Part shown: positions 34,990 to 43,739 of the stretch, one piece after another
Numbering within the stretch: position 1 is the first letter of the stretch
Layout of the letters: each line of letters begins with the position of its first letter
IMG/VR virus record: IMGVR_UViG_3300006147_000378
Location: 1-64,000 of that record
DNA from: a virus
Length of the DNA: 64,000 nt
Strand: one strand, 5' to 3'
Notes under the pieces: generated by a model
Told to the model about the DNA's origin: nothing
What the model saw: the letters and a program-made list of their open reading frames with translations, nothing else
Database searches by the model: none
Position numbers and translations under genes: made by a program

Positions 34990-35688
34990 ATGTTCGAGTT
35001 TTTTGTTGCGCTGTTCGGCGGCGTACACTACGGCGGAAAGATACTGGCCGAAAGCGCAGAGGTAAAGAGGTTTGATAGGTCTTCTGCGGCGAAGTTCGCA
35101 TATCATGACCAGCGACTCCAAGAATGGAAAAGTCAGGTTTGTAATCGTGCGCTTGAGGAAGACTTGAAGCGTCTCATTGCCGACCCACAGAGCTATGAAG
35201 ATGTATGGCAGGAAGTCCACACAGCCTATCTTAAAATGCCAACGTACCAATCATACACGACAATTTTGCTACATCCTTATATGGTTATGCGATACTATGG
35301 TAGAGATACCTATACGAAAAAGCAACGTGAAAATATTGCAGACCACGAGCGCCGTCGGGCTTTAGATATCATGCTGGCTCGGCGTGGAAATGTGTGTGGC
35401 CGTGGTACGCAAGATAGGTCTGCCGTTGACCTGCTTCATAGGGGCGATGGGGAACAATCGAAAAAAGTTTGGGATGAAACTTTTGAGTTTTGGGTCTACA
35501 TCAGGGATGAACTGCGACGGAACAACGTGAACGCACGGCTCATCTTCAAGGCTGGCCTGGTTGGCGATGAACGAAACCAAGTGGCGTATGATGTGGATGA
35601 TGTGGGAAAGTTCCGATATCAAGCCGGACAACTCACTTGGCTTCCTTTGACCTTTTATGATGATAACCTCCAATATATGAGGGTTTAA
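34990..35688 (+). CDS. hypothetical protein
   Basis: ORF. Confidence 0.5.
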   Translation: MFEFFVALFGGVHYGGKILAESAEVKRFDRSSAAKFAYHDQRLQEWKSQVCNRALEEDLKRLIADPQSYEDVWQEVHTAYLKMPTYQSYTTILLHPYMVMRYYGRDTYTKKQRENIADHERRRALDIMLARRGNVCGRGTQDRSAVDLLHRGDGEQSKKVWDETFEFWVYIRDELRRNNVNARLIFKAGLVGDERNQVAYDVDDVGKFRYQAGQLTWLPLTFYDDNLQYMRV

Positions 35689-36491
35689 TCCTCCTCGAAC
35701 AGATAATCAGGCAAGTCAATTTTGCGGCCAAGCAGGACTTTACCAAAGGTTGTGACAGAACTACCGCTGTCTGCTGCAACACGGACGTTAGTATGGCGAA
35801 GCTCTGGGTTGGCGGACACAAGAATGAGGTTGTTTTCTTCATCCAGGTAGTATTGCTTGCAATACATAGCTCCGTCTACACAGAAGATGCCTACATCGCC
35901 AACCATCAGTTCAGCACCCTTTTTAACAAACACCATATCGCCATCGTGAATACAGGGCTCCATACTGTTGCCCTGGATGTCAACGGCAAAGTCTGCATCG
36001 TCTGGCACATTGTCATCCACAAGCATCATCTCAAAGTCTGCACCATCCAGTGGGACATTGATGCCTGCGGCAGAAGGTGTTGTATAGTGTGGGACATATC
36101 TCTCCCTGGCTTTGGTAACCTGTTTGAAGTTAATAACCTTTGGTTCAGAAACCTTGCGGAGCGCATCTATGCGCTCCTTTTCTAATGCGCATATTGCTTC
36201 CACGGCTTTCTTGCCGTATTGGTCAAGCGATTGATACTTGTCCAGTAGGGCCATCTCCGTGGGTGACAATATTACCCCCACTGGCTGAAAGCGGCCAGCT
36301 ACCCCGAGCAAGGTGTCAATGGACGTACCTAACGCATCTCCAAGAGAGATAAGCGCATCCATTGACGGTTTTTTGCTACCGTGTTCCCAACTCCTGACAG
36401 CAACAACAGACACACCTATTTGGGACGCCAAATCCTGCTGTGTTTTCTTCTGCGACAATCGCAGATTTTTAAGCCTCTGACCGAACTCCAT
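35685..36491 (-). CDS. CI/LexA-like phage repressor (HTH + S24 peptidase)
   Basis: HTH QQDLASQIGVSVVAVRSWEHG; S24 motif GNSMEPCIHDGDMVFVKKG; RBS GGAGGT. Confidence 0.85.
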   Translation of the reverse strand: MEFGQRLKNLRLSQKKTQQDLASQIGVSVVAVRSWEHGSKKPSMDALISLGDALGTSIDTLLGVAGRFQPVGVILSPTEMALLDKYQSLDQYGKKAVEAICALEKERIDALRKVSEPKVINFKQVTKARERYVPHYTTPSAAGINVPLDGADFEMMLVDDNVPDDADFAVDIQGNSMEPCIHDGDMVFVKKGAELMVGDVGIFCVDGAMYCKQYYLDEENNLILVSANPELRHTNVRVAADSGSSVTTFGKVLLGRKIDLPDYLFEED

Positions 36492-36514
36492 AGGTGACCT
36501 CCAAAATTCTCTCT

Positions 36515-36625
36515 TCTTTCTTGTTGACATCTTCACTGGTTTGTGATAGCATAAGCGGCACAACAACTGTTTCTGTTGACAGACTAACACAAACCATGGT
36601 TTCTGTCAATAGGGAAAAGACAACT
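36515..36625. promoter_or_regulatory. divergent regulatory region with repeated near-palindromic TTGACA-containing operator-like sites (CTGTTGACAG, TTCTGTCAA)
   Basis: repeats seen directly between repressor and rightward genes. Confidence 0.4.
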
Positions 36626-36803
36626 CGCCACAAAGGACGAGCTGCCTAAAGAAATGGGTGCGCCGTGAACGCCAACACCAATGACAATACGGCACACACG
36701 CCCTGCATACCACAGGGTGGAGACACGATGACACCACTCATCATGACCCACCCGTAGTATACCACGTTACCATGTACAAATCAATGGAGGTTTTTGCTAC
36801 GGA

Positions 36804-37127
36804 ATGAAAAAAACTGTAAATGTCAGGGAATTACAGGAGTACCTTGCGTGCCACAAAGTCAGCTCCGTTCTGTTCTATACTGAGAACCAACGGTGGTATC
36901 GTGCATCCGACCCATGCAAAATCAGAATGACCTTCCCAATTATGTTGATACGCGAAAATCCAAACCTGATTTGCTTGAAGTCCGGGATGCACTCCATCTC
37001 CTTTGACAGGGTAAAGTCGGTGGAAATAGACACGGATTCCACAGTATTAGGCACTGTACTCACCGTTTTCTGTGGTGATTTTGATTCGGAGGGATATGAC
37101 ACTACATATACATTGATTGCTGCGTAG
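36804..37127 (+). CDS. hypothetical protein
   Basis: ORF. Confidence 0.4.
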   Translation: MKKTVNVRELQEYLACHKVSSVLFYTENQRWYRASDPCKIRMTFPIMLIRENPNLICLKSGMHSISFDRVKSVEIDTDSTVLGTVLTVFCGDFDSEGYDTTYTLIAA

Positions 37128-37150
37128 TCTGGAGTTGTTTATATAATTGG

Positions 37151-37179
37151 GTTGACATAGGGATTCCTATATGCTATAC
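37151..37179 (+). promoter_or_regulatory. consensus sigma70 promoter (TTGACA-17 nt-TATACT)
   Basis: perfect -35, 17-nt spacer, near-consensus -10. Confidence 0.6.
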
Positions 37180-37220
37180 TCCAACCATCAACATAATTGA
37201 AGAGAAGGAGTACAGCAGCT

Positions 37221-37655
37221 TTGAGTATCCAGGAAAATGGCCGCAAACTGCGGATTGGGGACGTATATCGTGTGAAATTCGAGGGCGTTGGCAGCGAACA
37301 GCAAGGTGAACGTCCCGCCCTCGTGTTCCAAAACAATGTGGGTAACGCCCACAGCCCCAACATTATCATTCTGCCCCTGACAAGCGTTCGCAAGAAGGTC
37401 AACCAACCAACCCATGTTTTTGTCCCGAAGTCTGTAGGACTCAAGTTGGACAGCATGGTACTTTGCGAGAACCCACAGTGCGTTTCCAAGGATAGGGTCG
37501 GTGCGTATATCACGACTTTGCCCAAGGAATATATGGCAAAGGTGGCGGAGGCCAGCATTTTGGCAAGCTCCGCAATCGCCTTCATCAGCCCCGAAGTTTT
37601 AGTGACGCTTTGGAAAAAAGCCGCTTCATTAAACAAGGAGGTTCGCCATGTATAA
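37221..37655 (+). CDS. MazF/PemK/Kid-family endoribonuclease toxin-like protein
   Basis: GDVYRVKFEGVGSEQQGERPALVFQNN...IIILPLTS family signature; TTG start after AAGGAG. Confidence 0.7.
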   Translation: MSIQENGRKLRIGDVYRVKFEGVGSEQQGERPALVFQNNVGNAHSPNIIILPLTSVRKKVNQPTHVFVPKSVGLKLDSMVLCENPQCVSKDRVGAYITTLPKEYMAKVAEASILASSAIAFISPEVLVTLWKKAASLNKEVRHV

Positions 37656-38598
37656 TGAGGAGCAAAAAGTCAGGTTCATCCGGGAGTACACCGGGAGCCT
37701 GAACACTGCCAACGTAGCGACCACGCTTTTTAACGCACTGGAGGAGCATGAAAAGTCATGGGGAGCAGACCTGTGTACCAGAAGCAGCGAGGAGCTCCAG
37801 CCAGTCGTCGATGAAGTTACTGGCCTTCGCACAAGAAGCAAATGGATGTCACTTACTATACTCAAAGAGTATGTTAAGTGGTGCATCGCCATGCAGGTTC
37901 CTGGTGCTTGTGATGGTATGTTACAGATTCAAACTGTTGGCCTCGACAAAATAAAGCATCAGATGGTATCTGGGCCGCTCCATCTCCAAAAATATCTGGA
38001 TGACATCTTCGACCCAGAAAGCGAAGAGACCATTGACAACATCTACCGTTGTTATTTCTGGATGGCGTATGGTGGGATTGACGAGGAAGACACTGTCTTG
38101 ATTAAAAATGAGCAGGTCGATTTTTCTCAGATGTCAATCTACTACAAGACAACAAATATCCCTATTTATAGGGAGGCGCTTCCGGCTTTTAGGAACGCCG
38201 TGTCACTCAACAGCTTTATCTATAAGCACCCGAATTACACCAAACCAGTTCGCAGGGACAGGGTCTCTGGGGACACGCTTATGCGGGGAATCCGCGCAAC
38301 GACAAAGACCTTCACAATGCGCACTACCCTGTCAAAGCGGAACATCAAGGCCGTCGAAGACGGTTTGACCGACCTTCAACTCAGCTTTTACCGTGTCCGT
38401 ATGTCCGGGCTTTTCTACCGGGTTTATGAAATGGAGCGAGCCGGTATCCCGGCCAGTTTCTCAGAGGCCGCACTTCGTGTGATGGACGGTAAAACTTATG
38501 CACTATACGGACGGGAAAAACTTGAGCATAGGCAAAACAAGATAGAGCGAAACTATTTGGAAGACTACCAACGATGGAAACTTGCGTTTTCAATCTGA
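37648..38598 (+). CDS. hypothetical protein
   Basis: RBS AAGGAGG. Confidence 0.55.
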   Translation: MYNEEQKVRFIREYTGSLNTANVATTLFNALEEHEKSWGADLCTRSSEELQPVVDEVTGLRTRSKWMSLTILKEYVKWCIAMQVPGACDGMLQIQTVGLDKIKHQMVSGPLHLQKYLDDIFDPESEETIDNIYRCYFWMAYGGIDEEDTVLIKNEQVDFSQMSIYYKTTNIPIYREALPAFRNAVSLNSFIYKHPNYTKPVRRDRVSGDTLMRGIRATTKTFTMRTTLSKRNIKAVEDGLTDLQLSFYRVRMSGLFYRVYEMERAGIPASFSEAALRVMDGKTYALYGREKLEHRQNKIERNYLEDYQRWKLAFSI

Positions 38599-38707
38599 GC
38601 TTTCCGAGAGAGCCCAAGCAGGGCTCTCTTTTTCACGCTATCAACATAATTAAATAATCCACAAAGCCGATAGGCGACGTTGCAATCTGGAAGAAAGGAG
38701 GTTTTGC

Positions 38708-39356
38708 ATGGAAGGCTCTCCACAAAATCACACAGACCTTTTTGTGCATCTGTTCCAAGAGAACATCAAGCGTGAAGGCGCAGATGCGCTACTTGATTGG
38801 CTCAAGAGGTCAGATTTCTTTACGGCTCCAGCATCAACGAAGTACCATGGTGCCCACGAAGGCGGTCTGCTGGAGCATTCCCTAAACGTCTATGACTGCT
38901 TACTTGGTGAGCTGTCGTCTATGGGGATGGCAGACAAATACTCAAATGAGACTGTGGCCATTGTTTCGTTGCTCCATGATGTGTGCAAGATTGGGTTGTA
39001 TGTCTCTGAGCCGAAGAACCAAAAGACCTACGACCTGGAGAAAGTCGCAGCGGCCCGCGATGGCAAACCGTGGACGGTTAAGCATGACTCACTCGGTGAT
39101 TTTTTGGGAAACGGTTAGGGGCTACAAAGCAGACGACCAGTTGCCCTATGGCCACGGCGAAAAGAGTGTCTACATAGTTTCTGGCTTTATGAAACTGACA
39201 CGAGACGAGGCCATGGCTATCCGCTGGCACATGGGGTTCACCGACAACGACTTCCGTGGCGGCGGCCAGTCTGTCGGCAAAGCATTTGAGATGTATCCGT
39301 TAGCGGTACTTACTCACTTGGCCGATATGAAGGCTACTTATTTATTGGAGGGATGA
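38708..39356 (+). CDS. HD-domain phosphohydrolase, reading frame interrupted at T6 run (39102-39107); two track ORFs 38708..39118 and 38892..39356
   Basis: HD motifs split across frames; deleting one T restores continuous HD-domain protein. Confidence 0.55.
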
Positions 39357-39357
39357 T

Positions 39358-40065
39358 ATGGCAGAACAAAACATGAACATCTACCAAAAACTTGCAAAAG
39401 TTCGTAAGCAGGTCGAGGTAATCCAGCGCAATAAGTCCGGTTACGGCTATAAGTACGTCAGCGAGGACGAGATTTTGGCCAAGGTTTCCGGGCTTATGGA
39501 CAAGTACAACTTGTCTCTTATCCCGAGCGTCGTACATACTAATACGGTCGTTGCGCCGTACAACACGAAGAAGACCAAGGTTCTCAACAACAAGGCAACC
39601 GGAGAGACCTCGACTTATGAGGAGAACGTCAATGAGATTTTGGTAAGTGCCGATATGGTTTTTACCTGGGTCAATAATGACAATCCGGCGGAGTACATCG
39701 AGGTGCCCTGGATTTTGGTTGGGCATCAGACGGACGGCTCTCAGAGTTTCGGTTCTGGCCTCAGCTATGCCATGCGGTATTTCCTGCTGAAGTTCTTCAA
39801 CGTCGCAACGCCAGATGACGACCCGGATAAGTGGCGCAGCAAGCAAAAGGCCGCCAGCGCCGCAGAGGACAAGATGATTGCGGATGAAATCATTGGTGTA
39901 ATCGATTCTACGGTAAAGGACTATCTTGCGGCCCACGCGGACAAGGCTGATGAGGTCAAGAAGTTTGTGGGTAAGTATGTGAAGGGCGGCAATTACTTCG
40001 CCATTGCAGAGCCCACGCTTGCATCCAAGCTGTTGAACGATTTCAAAGAAGCGTTCGCAATCTGA
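39358..40065 (+). CDS. ERF-family single-strand annealing protein
   Basis: N-terminal NIYQKLAKVRKQV...YKYVSEDEILAKV pattern. Confidence 0.7.
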   Translation: MAEQNMNIYQKLAKVRKQVEVIQRNKSGYGYKYVSEDEILAKVSGLMDKYNLSLIPSVVHTNTVVAPYNTKKTKVLNNKATGETSTYEENVNEILVSADMVFTWVNNDNPAEYIEVPWILVGHQTDGSQSFGSGLSYAMRYFLLKFFNVATPDDDPDKWRSKQKAASAAEDKMIADEIIGVIDSTVKDYLAAHADKADEVKKFVGKYVKGGNYFAIAEPTLASKLLNDFKEAFAI

Positions 40066-40086
40066 TTTTGAAAGGAGTGATGGTTT

Positions 40087-40464
40087 ATGGGCTTCCGTAC
40101 AGGAGCATACGCCAAGGTTTGGGAGGTTGCTCCCATGAGTGACACCAGCACGAAGATTCGTATATCGGTCAGCCGCATGAATAAGAAGACAGATGAATGG
40201 GAACAAGATTTCTCTGGTTTTGTGCTCTGCATCGGCACCGCTGCCGCCCGTAACGCAGCAAAGCTGAACGCAGGCGCACGCATCAAGATTGGAGACTGTG
40301 ATGTCACGACCAAGTATGACGCACAGAAGAAGATTACATACACGAACTTCAAGATGTTCTCTTTTGAGGACGCAGACGGGAACAATAATTCCGAGCCTGA
40401 CAAGACCGACCCTCAACCGCCGGTTGACGAGGGCGAAGTTGACGAAAACCGCCTCCCGTTTTAA
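40087..40464 (+). CDS. single-stranded DNA-binding protein (OB fold, acidic tail ending LPF)
   Basis: SSB-like core and acidic C-terminal tip. Confidence 0.65.
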   Translation: MGFRTGAYAKVWEVAPMSDTSTKIRISVSRMNKKTDEWEQDFSGFVLCIGTAAARNAAKLNAGARIKIGDCDVTTKYDAQKKITYTNFKMFSFEDADGNNNSEPDKTDPQPPVDEGEVDENRLPF

Positions 40465-40476
40465 GGGTGGCGGCTC

Positions 40477-41382
40477 ATGGGAGAAGTCAACTACAGGCCA
40501 ATCATCCAGGACATGACCTGGAGCTACTCCCGAATTAAATCCTTTAACGACTGCCCATATCGCTGGTTTTTGAAGTACATTCAACCCGTTCTGCTTATCC
40601 GCAGTGTTTTCGGCGGTGAACGTCCGTCAAAGGCCGACATTGATGCAGCTTATGTCAGAAGCGAAATTGAAAAAGCCGATGTTGGTTTGCTGTACGCCTA
40701 TCTTGGTATCAAGCGCAAGGAGATGTTCTTCGCAAACTACGGCACGTTCATGCACAAGCTGATTGAGCTGTACTACCTGGGAGAGAAAACCCCACATCAG
40801 CTATGTGATATGTACTTGCAGGAGTTCAAGGGACAGGTTCGTGGGAGAGCGCCAAACAGAACGGTGTTTGCAAACTACTTCAAGAGCGGCATCAACTATC
40901 TGCGGGGGTTCCAACCATTCCCCTATGATACGATTGCAGTTGAGAAGCGAGTTGATTTCAGCCTAAACGGTATCCCATTCGTGGGCTATATCGACTACCT
41001 TGGCCAAAAAAATGACAACATCGCTGTCATTGACAATAAGTCGAGGGTCTTGAAGACACGCAGCAAACGAGCAAAACCGACTAAGACAGATGTAGAACTG
41101 GACTCATACCTTACCCAGCTCTATCTGTACTCAGTAGCGGTTGAACAGGAGTTTGGCAGACTGCCGACAGACCTGTGCTTCAACTGTTTCCGCACTCCAA
41201 TCCTAATCACAGAGCCATTCAAGGAGGAAGCGTATACGGCATCCAAGCTCTGGCTCTCCGATAAGGTGTCGGAAATCATGGGAGAGACCGAGTTTAGACC
41301 TAACATAGAGTTCTTCAAGTGCAAGCACCTCTGTGAGATGCAGGATTTTTGTGAGTATTGTGAACTCGCAGGAAAGGGGTGA
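40477..41382 (+). CDS. PD-(D/E)XK nuclease of Cas4/RecB family with C-terminal 4-Cys cluster
   Basis: GYIDYLG...VIDNKS nuclease motif; CKHLC...CEYC. Confidence 0.7.
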   Translation: MGEVNYRPIIQDMTWSYSRIKSFNDCPYRWFLKYIQPVLLIRSVFGGERPSKADIDAAYVRSEIEKADVGLLYAYLGIKRKEMFFANYGTFMHKLIELYYLGEKTPHQLCDMYLQEFKGQVRGRAPNRTVFANYFKSGINYLRGFQPFPYDTIAVEKRVDFSLNGIPFVGYIDYLGQKNDNIAVIDNKSRVLKTRSKRAKPTKTDVELDSYLTQLYLYSVAVEQEFGRLPTDLCFNCFRTPILITEPFKEEAYTASKLWLSDKVSEIMGETEFRPNIEFFKCKHLCEMQDFCEYCELAGKG

Positions 41383-42716
41383 TTTGTATAAGAGCAGAAG
41401 ACATCACCAGAATTGAAAGTGAAGCAGGGGTTTTAGCTTCGCTGGTTTATCATCCAGAGTTTTCTTTCTATTCAGAGAACCTGCTACCGAATCATTTCTT
41501 CAACAAGGAGAATCGTTACATCTATACCGCCATTTGCTGTCTGGCACTTCGAGGCGTGAACCACATCGATTCGTACAGCATTTTGGAAGCCCTCAAATCA
41601 AACGAGAATACAGCGCAGTTTGCGGATGAACTCCCCATTGATGTTCTGAATGACTTTATTGACAATAGCGAGAATCTTGCCCGCCACACACTGGAGGGGT
41701 ATAAGCTGTGCGTTGATAACGTTATGAACGCAGCGTTTCGCAGAGACACATTGCAAAGCCTGAAACGGTGTGAGGCCATGTGCTTCAATGAGAGTATTCA
41801 GAATGTTGAGCAGGAAATCTATAAGGCTCTGGACGATGTGATGATGGAGTTCTCTGCTACAACCGAGGTTCCATCTTATAGCGAAGTCATTGACGACTGC
41901 TGGGAGGAAATCAAGGGTAGACAGGACAGCGGAGCCGCTGGAATCCCATTCAAGTTTTCTGCCTTGAATGATTATGCCACGATTGAACGCAGTGAGCTGT
42001 TTATCTTTGGAGCAGAGCAGAAACAGGGTAAAAGCATGATGCTCCTGAACTGTGCGGTTGACCTGCTCAAGCAAGATTATGCAGTTCTCTATCTGGACAG
42101 TGAACTGAACACCAGGCTTTTCACCGCCAGAATCCTTGCTCACCTATCTGGTGTGGAGTACCGGCGTTTGACGACCGGTGCATATAGCAAGGAGGAAGAG
42201 GAACGTATCATCAAGGCGAAAGATTGGATGAAGACACGGAAGTTTACCCACATCTATATTCCAACCTTCGACCAGCAGAGCATCTACACCGCAGTCAAGA
42301 AGGTTTACCACACTCAAGGTCTCGATGTTTTGATTGTGGATTACTTTAAGGGCAAGGGCGAGGGTGATGCGTTCGACAGCTACCAAGAACTTGGTAGGTT
42401 TGTTGATATGGTGAAGAACCAAATCTGTGGCGGCATGAATATCGCAGGCATTGGGGCCGCACAGGCAACATCAACGGGCAAGTTGGCCGACAGCGCAAAG
42501 ATTGCCCGGAACGCCTCGACCATTGCTATGATAACAGAGAAAACACCGGAGGAAATCGAGGCTGATGGGGTTGAGTGCGGCAACAAAAAGCTCAGGGTCA
42601 CCTACAACCGTAACGGAATGCAGATGGCACAAGGCGAATACATAGACCTGCTTTTTGATGGCAACCACATTCTGTATGAGCAGGCCAAGCAGCACATCCC
42701 AGAGACACCGTTTTGA
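41379..42716 (+). CDS. DnaB-like replicative DNA helicase
   Basis: DnaB N-domain, Walker A GAEQKQGKS. Confidence 0.7.
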   Translation: MICIRAEDITRIESEAGVLASLVYHPEFSFYSENLLPNHFFNKENRYIYTAICCLALRGVNHIDSYSILEALKSNENTAQFADELPIDVLNDFIDNSENLARHTLEGYKLCVDNVMNAAFRRDTLQSLKRCEAMCFNESIQNVEQEIYKALDDVMMEFSATTEVPSYSEVIDDCWEEIKGRQDSGAAGIPFKFSALNDYATIERSELFIFGAEQKQGKSMMLLNCAVDLLKQDYAVLYLDSELNTRLFTARILAHLSGVEYRRLTTGAYSKEEEERIIKAKDWMKTRKFTHIYIPTFDQQSIYTAVKKVYHTQGLDVLIVDYFKGKGEGDAFDSYQELGRFVDMVKNQICGGMNIAGIGAAQATSTGKLADSAKIARNASTIAMITEKTPEEIEADGVECGNKKLRVTYNRNGMQMAQGEYIDLLFDGNHILYEQAKQHIPETPF

Positions 42717-42758
42717 CCTGTCAACATAATTAAATAATCTACGGAAGGAGGAGACGGT

Positions 42759-43739
42759 GTGGAACTGTCTGAGTTGATTGAGTCGGTTGATATCCTTGAG
42801 TACATCTCTCAATACACAGAGTTTACTGAAAAAAACGGGGAATATTGGGCGCTCTCACCACTAAAAGACGAGAACACACCGTCCTTCTCCGTCCGAAAAG
42901 AGGAGAACAGTTTCTACGACTTCTCATCCGGCATCGGCGGCAACGTTTTGACCTTTATTCGGTACTACAACAGATGTGGCTACCAAAAGGCAATCGAAAT
43001 CCTGAAAGCATATGCCGGATGCAACGGCACAATAAGACCACATAAGAAATTATCTGCCACAGAAGTTGCAAAACGGTTCTCAAAGCCGAAAAAGACACCC
43101 AAGACGAGCAAGGGTGTGGTTTTACAAGACGATTACATGGCCAGATATGAAAAAAGAGATGACAAGCTGGCCGTTTGGGAGCAAGAGGGTATATCCAGAG
43201 CATCTCTGGACAAGTTCCAGGTGTTCTACGACAGTTTTTCAGACCGACTTGTCTATCCAATCCGCAATATGGACGGAAAAATCGTGAATATTGGTGGTCG
43301 AACGCTGGATGATGACTGGAAAGCCAAGGGATTAAGGAAATACACATACTTTAAGCCCTGGGGTGAGCTTAACACCATCTATGGACTACCAGAGAACATG
43401 GATTTTATCCGTGAAAAGCGAGAAATCATACTCTTTGAGGGCTGTAAGTCGGTTTTGCTGGCCGACACATGGGGAATCCATAATGCCGGAGCGATTTTGA
43501 CCTCGCACCTCAACCCAAATCAGATGAAAATCCTGGCTCGGCTTGGTTGCAGAGTGGTTTTTGCTCTCGACAAAGAGGTTTGCGTGCGCGAAGACCACAA
43601 CATCAAGCGTCTCAAGCAATTTGTAAAGGTCGAGTACATTTGGGACAAAGATAACTTGCTTGATGAAAAGGATGCCCCGGTCGATAAAGGCCACCAAACA
43701 TGGGAAAAACTCTACGAAGGGAGGTTGTCATGGCGATAG
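42759..43739 (+). CDS. DNA primase (DnaG-like: CHC2 zinc finger + TOPRIM)
   Basis: zinc-binding and TOPRIM-like blocks. Confidence 0.65.
   Translation: MELSELIESVDILEYISQYTEFTEKNGEYWALSPLKDENTPSFSVRKEENSFYDFSSGIGGNVLTFIRYYNRCGYQKAIEILKAYAGCNGTIRPHKKLSATEVAKRFSKPKKTPKTSKGVVLQDDYMARYEKRDDKLAVWEQEGISRASLDKFQVFYDSFSDRLVYPIRNMDGKIVNIGGRTLDDDWKAKGLRKYTYFKPWGELNTIYGLPENMDFIREKREIILFEGCKSVLLADTWGIHNAGAILTSHLNPNQMKILARLGCRVVFALDKEVCVREDHNIKRLKQFVKVEYIWDKDNLLDEKDAPVDKGHQTWEKLYEGRLSWR

Noticed and set aside
35793-36185. 130-aa plus-strand ORF inside the repressor gene
   Set aside because: Antisense to the S24-peptidase repressor, which has clear motifs
39334-40584. 416-aa minus-strand ORF spanning ERF and SSB genes
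   Set aside because: Antisense to two + strand genes with recognisable ERF and SSB signatures
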